Source: an uncultured Clostridia bacterium
GTDB lineage: Bacteria; Bacillota; Clostridia; Christensenellales; CAMQZB01
DNA length: 64,000 bases
Assembly (NCBI GenBank): GCA_947039455.1
Contig: CAMQZB010000001.1
Coordinates: forward strand, 335,877-399,876
Direction: 5' to 3'
The notes under the pieces were generated by a model that was given only the letters and a program-made list of their open reading frames with translations, made no database searches and was not told the origin of the DNA. Shown in pieces: positions 18,263-26,424 of this stretch. Both the position numbers and the translations under genes were made by a program. How positions within the stretch are numbered: position 1 is the stretch's first letter; each line of letters starts with the position of its first letter.

Positions 18263-18652
18263 TTAATTTATATATTTACATTTAGTGCATATTCCACTAA
18301 AAATAATATCGTGACTTGTGAATTCAAATCCATTGTCTTTTTTTATCAATTTTTCTAAATCTTTAATATATTCCATATTAACATCCAATATCTTCCCGCA
18401 TTTTAAACATTTTGCATGATAGTGATTAAATGTTCTATGATCAAAACAATCTGCACCTTTAGGCATTTCAATTTTCTTTATTTCACCTAACTCAGAAAGT
18501 AAATTTAGATTGCGATATACTGTTGCTCTTCCTATGCTTGAATGTGTTTTTACAATCTCATCATAAATCGCATCAGCTGTTGCATGATTTCTTAAACTAT
18601 TAACAGTTTCTAACACTATCGTTTTTTGAACTGTATTTCGCATAATTTTCAT
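18263..18652 (-). CDS. Fur-family metalloregulator (Zur/PerR/Fur subtype not resolvable by eye)
   Basis: 129 aa. wHTH ...IGRATVYRNLNLLSELGEI, HxH...CLKCG...CTKC metal sites. SD AAGGAG. Confidence 0.85.
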   Translation of the reverse strand: MKIMRNTVQKTIVLETVNSLRNHATADAIYDEIVKTHSSIGRATVYRNLNLLSELGEIKKIEMPKGADCFDHRTFNHYHAKCLKCGKILDVNMEYIKDLEKLIKKDNGFEFTSHDIIFSGICTKCKYIN

Positions 18653-18675
18653 AACAGTGCTCCTTAATAATATTA

Positions 18676-18717
18676 ATTCCTTATTGATATAATATATTAA
18701 TAAGGAATATTTGTCAA
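18676..18717 (-). promoter_or_regulatory. Promoter of the Fur-family operon overlapped by a 10-bp inverted repeat (candidate operator)
   Basis: Minus strand: TTGACA (18717-18712), 17 nt, TATTAT (18694-18689). Inverted-repeat arms ATTCCTTATT (18676-18685) / AATAAGGAAT (18699-18708) bracket the -10. Confidence 0.5.
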
Positions 18718-18820
18718 CTGTTTTTTTAATGTTTTTTTATATTTTTTTAATTTAAACCAAATAAGGATTATTTTTGCCTTTACTTAGGTCTTTAGTTCTG
18801 CAACCAAAGCGTTTAGTTTA

Positions 18821-19360
18821 TTACTTAGTACAATTCTTCTTATGTGCTTTTAGTTTCTTCATAGCCCAATCATAGTGACTAGCTGTAGCACTAACAAAAT
18901 ATGAACCTAAAGTACTGCCACCTACCCACGGAAATACATCTTTTGAAAACAGTTCTTCACTAGAAAATTGTTCTCCTAATTTCATTACATCGTTATGTGA
19001 TTTTTCAAACAAGACATAAACTTTCTCAAGTGAAGTATTTTGGTGTTTTTCCCAAAAACCAACGTTCATTTCACCATAAGTTTTCCAATTATACGGTTCT
19101 TGAAGAAACTGTCTGCAATCTCCTTTTTGATTTGAATTAATCCAATTTAGCAAAAGTTGATGCCATTCATATAAGTGAATTAGAATATCACGAATATTTT
19201 TATCACGTCCCCAATGTGCCTCTTTCTTTTTAATATCGTGTGTAAAACTAAAGGACGTTGCAAGTTCTAGCTCCGTCATTTCACCGATAATTGTATGCAA
19301 AGTTTCGTAATTTTTCATAGCGAATATTAGCATATCCGTTTTAGTTGTTGCTCTAGCCAT
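18821..19360 (-). CDS. ClbS/DfsB-family four-helix-bundle protein (DUF1706)
   Basis: IRDILIHLYEWHQLLLNWI, PYNWKTYGEMN and SHYDWAMKK match my memory of the family. Start at ATG 19360 (SD AAAGGAGA). The track start 19444 also has an SD, but a TTTACG-17-TGTTATAAT promoter lies inside that extension. Confidence 0.75.
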   Translation of the reverse strand: MARATTKTDMLIFAMKNYETLHTIIGEMTELELATSFSFTHDIKKKEAHWGRDKNIRDILIHLYEWHQLLLNWINSNQKGDCRQFLQEPYNWKTYGEMNVGFWEKHQNTSLEKVYVLFEKSHNDVMKLGEQFSSEELFSKDVFPWVGGSTLGSYFVSATASHYDWAMKKLKAHKKNCTK

Positions 19361-19556
19361 AATTAAGTCTCCTTTATTTGATAAGTTAATTATAACACAT
19401 ATATATGACATCGTAAAGTCATATTTAATATTAGATATTTTCATAAATATCTCCTTAGATACTTGTACAAATTTTAACTTATTTGCAAATATTCAACACT
19501 CATAATATTTTAAAAACTACATGATACGTTTTAGAAACCTAACAGGCTTATATTAT

Positions 19557-20330
19557 TTATTGAAAAGCCATTACATTATATCTACCAAGCTCTACATTAC
19601 CAAAAAAATATAATCCTTCATTATTAGTATGAGTTTTTGAGACAGCCAAATTGTTATCTGAATTGTATAATATCACCACAGCATTGTTAATTGGCACATT
19701 ATCACAATCAGTAATTATTCCATGTATCGTCCCCTTTATGTTGATTCTGTCAATTTTTATTACACCTAAATTATATATTCTAATTGAATTAGAAATATTT
19801 ATTGACATCACAGTTTTCTTCAACTCGTTTCCATCAACAATTAATCGATAACACCCGCATGGTATGTCATTTATTATAAAAAAACCATCTCTATCAGGGA
19901 ATACTTGTAATTTTACTTTATTATTCTCTAATCGCACTCTTGCTGAAATAATTTCTCCACCATTGTTCATAGTTAATCGCCCTGTTAATGTTGCAAAATC
20001 TTTCACTCTCACTAATGTTATTTCAATTTCTCTGCAAAAATTTTCAATTACTAAAGTTTTATAGCCATCTTTCGAAATTATCAATACTACTTCTTTGCTG
20101 TATTCATAGATCAAAACAAATTCGCCATTAGCATTTGACACCGTATGTATCAATGGTTCATAGTCTGATGTCAAGACTTTTACACACGCTTTTTCTATCT
20201 TACAACCACACTCATCAAAGATTATTCCCTCAACTTCATTCCGTTGCTTTTCTGGCATCACCTTTGTATCCACACGGTTTTCTTGGTCGAATGTACTTAT
20301 TATTGTTGCTTTTGAATTTTCATCAAACAT
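19557..20330 (-). CDS. Protein of three carboxypeptidase-regulatory-like (CarboxypepD_reg) beta-sandwich repeats, no signal peptide
   Basis: 257 aa. Three ~75-aa repeats of the pattern G-x-I/V-x-D...G.P+..A.V....(N/D)G.F.+..+..G.Y. N-terminus is hydrophilic. Confidence 0.55.
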   Translation of the reverse strand: MFDENSKATIISTFDQENRVDTKVMPEKQRNEVEGIIFDECGCKIEKACVKVLTSDYEPLIHTVSNANGEFVLIYEYSKEVVLIISKDGYKTLVIENFCREIEITLVRVKDFATLTGRLTMNNGGEIISARVRLENNKVKLQVFPDRDGFFIINDIPCGCYRLIVDGNELKKTVMSINISNSIRIYNLGVIKIDRINIKGTIHGIITDCDNVPINNAVVILYNSDNNLAVSKTHTNNEGLYFFGNVELGRYNVMAFQ

Positions 20331-20382
20331 GTACCTACACTCCCATACTTTTATATATTCTCAAATCTCTTATAATATTAAG

Positions 20383-20413
20383 ATACCACAAGCAGATTTA
20401 CTACTTGTGGTAT
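20383..20413 (-). terminator. Hairpin between the two CarboxypepD_reg-like genes
   Basis: Perfect 10-bp stem ATACCACAAG / CTTGTGGTAT with an 11-nt loop. The U-run is weak. Confidence 0.4.
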
Positions 20414-20442
20414 CATTTCTATATTATTTTATATTGTTGCTG

Positions 20443-21312
20443 TTATGCAATTACTGTTTTACTTGACTTAACAATATAATTTCCTTGTGGAGTATTTACG
20501 AATAAATATACACCATGTTCGATTGTTTTTGTCATTGCAACTGGAGTAAGTGATCCGTTTTCTTCAACTCTATAAAGAATTACATCTGCTCCAACTACTG
20601 CGCCTGCACTGTCTGAGATAATACCACTTACTGTTCCCATTGATGCTTGTGGATCTGCGATCATTGTTGAATCCACTTTCGCAATTGTGCTGTTGTCTGT
20701 AATATCTACATTGCTTGTGTTTGGAGTGTATGAAATTGATGAGAATTTCACGATATATGCTGCTGGATCTAATTCTCTGAATGAATATTGACCATATTCA
20801 TTTGTAAATGCGATTCCTTCTAATGTTTCTTCTTGCTCAGCATTAATTGAATATAACTCAACAACTGAACCATAAATTGGTGCACCCGCTTCGTCATATA
20901 CATCGCCCGCAATAAATGATTTTAACAATGATCCATCTGCCACTGCTACTAACGCTTTATTTACTGTTTGATTTGCTAATAATGAGAATGGGCTTGTTGT
21001 TGCCAACTCATATCCAGCTTCTGACGCAAACACTCTATAGTTGTTTCCTGGTGCAAATGGTGAGAAGATATAACTTCCGTCTGGGCCCGTAATTACGTGC
21101 GCCAATGGTGTATATGAACTACTCATGATTTTTACTACCGCTCCAACTAGTGGTAAGCCTGTTTCTTGATCCGTTACAATACCTGTAATTGTGCCGTTTG
21201 TTAAATTAGGATTTGGTACTAAATTTAGGTCAAGTCTAATTTCCTCGCCTACTGTTTTGATTGCGGCTTCTATTGATTGCCCAAGATTATAAATGTCTTT
21301 TTTTATTGCCAT
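20443..21312 (-). CDS. Protein of three carboxypeptidase-regulatory-like beta-sandwich repeats, no signal peptide
   Basis: 289 aa. Repeats GTITGIVTDQETGLPLVGAVVKI..., IAGDVYDEAGAPIYGSVVELY..., GTVSGIISDSAGAVVGADVILY.... Strong SD AAGGAGA. Hydrophilic N-terminus. Confidence 0.6.
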   Translation of the reverse strand: MAIKKDIYNLGQSIEAAIKTVGEEIRLDLNLVPNPNLTNGTITGIVTDQETGLPLVGAVVKIMSSSYTPLAHVITGPDGSYIFSPFAPGNNYRVFASEAGYELATTSPFSLLANQTVNKALVAVADGSLLKSFIAGDVYDEAGAPIYGSVVELYSINAEQEETLEGIAFTNEYGQYSFRELDPAAYIVKFSSISYTPNTSNVDITDNSTIAKVDSTMIADPQASMGTVSGIISDSAGAVVGADVILYRVEENGSLTPVAMTKTIEHGVYLFVNTPQGNYIVKSSKTVIA

Positions 21313-21593
21313 GATATATGTCTCCTTTTTACTCGCAAATTTATGATTACTCTTATATTATATTCAAGCAATTATAATTTTGATACTATATGTTGTTTTA
21401 ACATAATTAAAGATGCATTTGTATAATTACTAGTATGATTTTTAAAAAATTGCTGGTATTAAATATATAAAACTCAATAGTCTAACATAACATTATTTAT
21501 AAAATGATTCATCTAAACCAATTAACAAGAGATTATAGTTGATTATTATTTTAATTAGGTATATAATATAGAAAAAAAGAGAGTTTAATTATA

Positions 21594-22292
21594 ATGAAAA
21601 ACAACGAAACACTTAAAGACAATTTCATAAATACCATTACTAATGATATTCTATCTGGTAAACTTTCAGTAGGATTAAAATTGCCAACTGAAAGAGAATT
21701 AGCTAAAGAATTTGATATTAGCCGAAGCGTTGTCAATCGTGGCCTTGTTCATCTTTCTAATATTGGTTTCTTGGAAATTCGTCCTAGGTTTGGTACTTAC
21801 GTTTCCGACTATAAAAAAAATGGCAAAATCGATACACTTATTTCTATCATGAGATATAAAGGCAATACCATCAATGACTCTGAACTTCGCTCAATCGTTC
21901 AAATGAAAGGCGTTGTTGACAGCTTAACTATTAATATTCTACATAATAAATTTTCTGAAGAAAACTACGATCTTTTAAATAATATTTTATGTCAAATTAA
22001 CAGTAATACATCTTATACTGCTAATGAATATTCAGAAATAATTTACTCTTTCTATCACGAATTTAGTGCGTTATCAGGCAATGTTATTATACCGCTTCTA
22101 TACTCTTCTTTCAAAACACCACTTAATACATTGTGGGTGAGATTTATTGACATTTACAGCATAGAACCACTACTGCTTACCGCAAAAACTATTCTTGAGG
22201 CTATGCATAACAACGATATAGAAAAAGCGTTATCTACACTTGAATACTCTATTTTCGAATCTACTGAAGGAAAATATAAAATCTATTATTAA
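21594..22292 (+). CDS. GntR-family transcriptional regulator, FadR/FCD subfamily
   Basis: 232 aa. N-terminal LPTERELAKEFDISRSVVNRGLVHLSNIGFLEIRPRFGTYV, with an all-helical C-terminal domain. Confidence 0.8.
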   Translation: MKNNETLKDNFINTITNDILSGKLSVGLKLPTERELAKEFDISRSVVNRGLVHLSNIGFLEIRPRFGTYVSDYKKNGKIDTLISIMRYKGNTINDSELRSIVQMKGVVDSLTINILHNKFSEENYDLLNNILCQINSNTSYTANEYSEIIYSFYHEFSALSGNVIIPLLYSSFKTPLNTLWVRFIDIYSIEPLLLTAKTILEAMHNNDIEKALSTLEYSIFESTEGKYKIYY

Positions 22293-22316
22293 TCTTTAAT
22301 ATCTATACTACATAAA

Positions 22317-22351
22317 AGACACAACTTCAAAATTGAAGTTGTGTCTTTTTC
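22317..22351. terminator. Bidirectional terminator between convergent GntR and hypA
   Basis: 13-bp perfect stem AGACACAACTTCA (22317-22329) / TGAAGTTGTGTCT (22334-22346), then a T-run. Confidence 0.7.
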
Positions 22352-22388
22352 TGTTTACTATTGTATTAAGTTTGGGAAAATAATTTTT

Positions 22389-22730
22389 TTACATTCCGTG
22401 AATTTCTTTTACTAAAAATTCTTTTCCAGTAATAAGTTCATATTCCTTAGATTTACAAGAAGTACAGCTTCCTTTTCCTTCCGCAAGATTAAAAGTTTTA
22501 TTGCAATCTCTACACTTTCCAACTGCAGGCACTATTTCAATTTCAAGAACACAATCCTCTAAACTTGTTCCGTCAATGGCTGGTAAATAGCATTCTTCAA
22601 TATACCTTGGTACTACTGATGCAATTTCTCCAATTTGCAAAACAATTTTACATACTTTTTCAAGTTTATTCTCAGTTTTATGTCTTTCAACTAAGTTCAC
22701 AATGTTATACATAATTCCTAGCTCGTGCAT
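22389..22730 (-). CDS. hypA: HypA/HybF-type nickel metallochaperone
   Basis: 113 aa. N-terminal MHE motif (MHELGI). Zn site CRDC...CTSC. SD AGGAG begins immediately after the stop codon of the upstream 898-aa gene. Confidence 0.8.
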   Translation of the reverse strand: MHELGIMYNIVNLVERHKTENKLEKVCKIVLQIGEIASVVPRYIEECYLPAIDGTSLEDCVLEIEIVPAVGKCRDCNKTFNLAEGKGSCTSCKSKEYELITGKEFLVKEIHGM

Positions 22731-22739
22731 ATTACTCCT

Positions 22740-25436
22740 TTATTTCTTAAAAATTTTCTTGAAATTCTTGAATACAATTTTGAATTTTCTCTTGATTACG
22801 TGTTTCATAACTGCTGCTGGCATATCATTAAGCTCTAAACCGGCTTCATCATATACTCTTTCAATTTTAATCGCATCAAACTTACAACTAACAGTACATT
22901 GTCCACAACCAACACATGAGAATTGATCAACTATTGTCGCTCCACAACCAAGACATCTTTCAGTTTCTTTCTTAATTTGATCTTCAGTAAATACACCTCT
23001 TGTGTCAACAAATGTTTTTACCTTAGTTTCATCTTTTGCTACTTGTCTTCTTGCTGTATCAAATGAGTCTAGCTCAAGTGAAGTTTTATCCATAGAATGA
23101 TATTCTCTTCTATCTCTACCAAACACTAAACTTTGACCATTTTGAACATATCTATGAAGTGAAATTGCACCTTCTTTTCCTTGTGCTATTGCGTCAATTG
23201 CATATTTTGGTCCTGTGAATACATCTCCACCTACAAAAATGTCTTCTTGGGCTGTTTGAAGAGTGAAACTATCCGCTTTTGCTGTTCCGTTGGCATTTAA
23301 TTCAACTTTTTCACCGTCAAGCATTTTTCCAAAATCTATTGATTGTCCAACTGATAAAATCAAATTATCACACTCTACTGTCATGATATTATTCATGTCA
23401 TACTTAGGTGAGAATTTTCCGTTTTCGTCAAATACACTTACGCATTTTTTAAACTCTATTTGAGCAACTTTTCCTTTTTCTAGAATTAGTTTATTTACGC
23501 CATAGCCGTAATTAATTTTAATTCCCTCTTCTGTTGCTTCATGAATTTCTTCTGGAAGTGCAGGCATTTCTTTTTCTGACTCAAGACAGAACATCATTGC
23601 GTTGTCTCCGCCTTTTCTCACTGCTGTTCTCGCAACGTCAATAGCTACGTTTCCGCCACCGATTATAATAGTGTTTTTTGAAAGTTTAACATCTTCACCA
23701 AGACTTACCTTCTTCAAGAATTCTACACCAGTCATTACGTTTTCAGCATTTTCGCCTTCCGCGCCAATCATTCTTCCTTTTGAAGCACCAATAGCAATAT
23801 AGAAGCCTTTAAAACCGTCTTTTCTAAGATCAGAAATTGTTAAATCTTTACCAACTTCTACTCCTACTTTAAATTTCACACCCAATTCTTTCAAAATATC
23901 AATTTCAGCATTTACTACATCTTTTTCTAATCTGAATTCTGGAATTCCAAGTGTCAACATTCCACCAAGAACTTTCTCTTTCTCAAATACTGTTACATCG
24001 TATCCGTCAATTCCAAGATAGTATGCACATGATAGTCCAGATGGTCCACCACCAATGATTGCTATTTTTTTACCATAATCATGTCTTTGTTTTGGTACAA
24101 AGCGATTCTCAGTTTTCAAATCTTGCTCTGCAATGAATTTTTTGATGTCATCAATAGCTATTGGTTCATCAATATCACCACGTGTGCATTCAGATTCGCA
24201 ACCACGTGGGCAAACTCTTCCGCATATTGCTGGAAATGGATTTTCTCTTTTAATTAACTCTAATGCTTCTTTATATTTTCCTTGTGACGCAAGCTTTATG
24301 TAACCTTGAATAGAAATATGCGCTGGACATTTAGTCTTGCATGGTGCAGTACCACTATCTACTACATTTTTTCTATTTATTCTATAATCTACATTCCACT
24401 TTTCTTCTGTCCAAACTGTATCACGAGGAGTTTCCTTTTGCACAAGACTTTCTACAATAGGTTTTGAAGAACATATTTTTTGTCCAAGTTGAAGTGCATT
24501 CATTGGACAGTTTTTCACACACTCTCCGCAGGCAACACATGCTTCTTTGTCTACTTTTGCAACGTAATTAGATCTTACAGTGTCCACGTTCATGTACATT
24601 TCTGCGTTTCTTAGAGAATAACAACCACAACCACAACAGTTACAAATGGCATGTGCTTTTCCAGGTCCATCAGTATTAGTTATTTGGTGCATAAGCCCAT
24701 TTTCTTCAGCTTTTTTGATTATCGCATAAGCCTCTTCTTTAGTAATTTCTCTTCCTCTTTTAGTTCTTATATAATAACTAGCAGCGTCGCCCAATTGAAT
24801 ACACATATCTTCTTTCAAATGTCCGCAACCTTCACCCATCGCCTCTCTAGAAGTTCTGCATGAACAGTCTGAAACAGAGAAAAGAGTATTGTTTTCAATA
24901 TATTCTGAAACTTCTTCATAAGAAACTTTTTTAGAGCTTCCGTCTATTGCGCTTTGAATTGGAATAACTCTCATCAAACCAACTCCAACTGGGAACATAC
25001 CCGTAGACACTGGACCTCTAGTTTTTCCATATAAATCAAAAGCTATTGCTATTTCAGGATATTTTGCAACATTTTCTTTATGATTATTCATTTGTTCCAT
25101 AACTCCAGGAACCCATGATTCAAGCCAAAAAATATCTACACCATCTTTTTCCATAGCAAAAAGTATGCCTACATCTGCAGCTTCATTCAATATACGAGTT
25201 GTATCCTCAAGGCTTTTTCCACATCTTGAGGCAATCACTGAGGCTGAAGATCTTTCTCTTCTTTCCATAGTAGTACAAACATCAGCCATTTCATCAGTTA
25301 CACAGGCAGGCGAACATATTAAATATTCTGCTGACTCATATGTATATCCAGCTTTTAGTCCTTTACCGCCTTCTTTTTTGCAACCAATATGGTTTGCAAG
25401 TTGTAACATTTTCGGTCTTAAAATTTTGTTTTTCAT
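22740..25436 (-). CDS. Multidomain Fe-S flavoprotein: Cys-rich N-terminal domain + 4Fe-4S ferredoxin + GltD-like NAD(P)H/FAD oxidoreductase + C-terminal ferredoxin
   Basis: 898 aa. DCSCRTS...ICNCCGCGCYS, CVACGECVKNCP, GltD-like CPAH...ICGRVCPRGCESECTR, Rossmann IAIIGGGPSGLSCAYYL, C-terminal CLGCG...CVGCGQCTVSC. Confidence 0.75.
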   Translation of the reverse strand: MKNKILRPKMLQLANHIGCKKEGGKGLKAGYTYESAEYLICSPACVTDEMADVCTTMERRERSSASVIASRCGKSLEDTTRILNEAADVGILFAMEKDGVDIFWLESWVPGVMEQMNNHKENVAKYPEIAIAFDLYGKTRGPVSTGMFPVGVGLMRVIPIQSAIDGSSKKVSYEEVSEYIENNTLFSVSDCSCRTSREAMGEGCGHLKEDMCIQLGDAASYYIRTKRGREITKEEAYAIIKKAEENGLMHQITNTDGPGKAHAICNCCGCGCYSLRNAEMYMNVDTVRSNYVAKVDKEACVACGECVKNCPMNALQLGQKICSSKPIVESLVQKETPRDTVWTEEKWNVDYRINRKNVVDSGTAPCKTKCPAHISIQGYIKLASQGKYKEALELIKRENPFPAICGRVCPRGCESECTRGDIDEPIAIDDIKKFIAEQDLKTENRFVPKQRHDYGKKIAIIGGGPSGLSCAYYLGIDGYDVTVFEKEKVLGGMLTLGIPEFRLEKDVVNAEIDILKELGVKFKVGVEVGKDLTISDLRKDGFKGFYIAIGASKGRMIGAEGENAENVMTGVEFLKKVSLGEDVKLSKNTIIIGGGNVAIDVARTAVRKGGDNAMMFCLESEKEMPALPEEIHEATEEGIKINYGYGVNKLILEKGKVAQIEFKKCVSVFDENGKFSPKYDMNNIMTVECDNLILSVGQSIDFGKMLDGEKVELNANGTAKADSFTLQTAQEDIFVGGDVFTGPKYAIDAIAQGKEGAISLHRYVQNGQSLVFGRDRREYHSMDKTSLELDSFDTARRQVAKDETKVKTFVDTRGVFTEDQIKKETERCLGCGATIVDQFSCVGCGQCTVSCKFDAIKIERVYDEAGLELNDMPAAVMKHVIKRKFKIVFKNFKKIFKK

Positions 25437-25583
25437 CTTATCTCCTTATATTTCCCAATTATTGATTTCTTTTTCATATAATCACTAACATTTACAGCAT
25501 TTCAAGTTTTTACAAAAATTGAAATATTTATTTTATAAATAGTATTTTGATTACACTTATTATGTTTAAGATCTTACTCTTGC

Positions 25584-25641
25584 TCGTGGTTCAACCACGA
25601 ACCATTGTTAATATAATAACATGAAATATTTGAAATTGCAA
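25584..25641 (-). promoter_or_regulatory. Promoter of the 898-aa gene plus a GC-rich palindrome just downstream of the -10
   Basis: Minus strand: TTGCAA (25641-25636), 17 nt, TGTTATTAT (-10 at 25618-25613). Palindrome TCGTGGTT-C-AACCACGA at 25584-25600. Confidence 0.45.
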
Positions 25642-25658
25642 GTGTTTTTTTAAAAATA

Positions 25659-26111
25659 TCAATTTGATGTAGCTTCTTTAATCCATTTTGTTAGAGATTC
25701 CATGCTTTGATGTTTATTTACGTAAACTCCATCCATTTTAAACACATAGTCTTTTGTTCTATCTGATTCAGCAAGTATTTCAGAGGTTCCCATTAGTATA
25801 TCATCATTATAGTAAGCAAATTTTATACTTGCTTCATCATACTTATCCTCAATTTCAGAAGGTACGTCGTTCCATGGCTTTTCCACATGGATGATTTCTC
25901 CACCATACATAACATATGGATAGATAGATTTCTCTAAAAATATTTTTTCACCTTCCACCCCATCAATGATTATTGTTACATAATTAGATTCATCAATTTG
26001 CTTAAACATATCACTAATTAACCTGCTATCATCGTATAGTGATGATATGGTTACACATACACTTGCTATGATAATTAACAAAATTCCTATTCCTGATAAT
26101 ACTTTCTTCAT
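25659..26111 (-). CDS. Hypothetical membrane-anchored protein
   Basis: 150 aa. Single N-terminal TM (GIGILLIIIASVCVTISSL). No recognisable domain. Confidence 0.5.
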   Translation of the reverse strand: MKKVLSGIGILLIIIASVCVTISSLYDDSRLISDMFKQIDESNYVTIIIDGVEGEKIFLEKSIYPYVMYGGEIIHVEKPWNDVPSEIEDKYDEASIKFAYYNDDILMGTSEILAESDRTKDYVFKMDGVYVNKHQSMESLTKWIKEATSN

Positions 26112-26116
26112 ATAAT

Positions 26117-26123
26117 CCCCCCC
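26117..26123. repeat. C7/G7 homopolymer forming the SD of the 150-aa gene
   Basis: Minus strand reads GGGGGGG ATTAT ATG. This is the only 7-nt G/C run I noticed in the window. Confidence 0.9.
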
Positions 26124-26325
26124 TAATTAAATACAGTATAACATATACTTTATTTAATATATAATGAATTTATCATAATTTTTAATATTGTATAACCACA
26201 AACAGTATTTTATAGTAATTTCTTCTAAATTTGATAGATAAGATAAATTATAGTACTACCATTTGTTCAAAGTGATTTTGAATTTTGCGTATTTATGTAA
26301 TCCATCTTAATTAGGAAATAAAAAA

Positions 26326-26354
26326 AGAGCGAAGATAACTTCGCTCTTTTTTTA
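26326..26354. terminator. Bidirectional terminator after the GPH symporter gene
   Basis: A-run, stem AGAGCGAAG / CTTCGCTCT with loop ATAA, then T7. Confidence 0.7.
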
Positions 26355-26424
26355 TACTAGAATTGTTTAGTCAATATCCATTGAACAGTTCTAATAAATT
26401 TCTATTAAATTAGTCGTCGTTTGT

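Noticed and set aside
19361-19444. Upstream start (ATG 19444, also with an AAGGAGA SD) for the ClbS/DfsB gene, or a separate leader peptide.
   Set aside because: A TTTACG-17-TGTTATAAT promoter lies inside the extension, and the family-sized protein starts at 19360. A second upstream promoter producing the longer form is not fully excluded.
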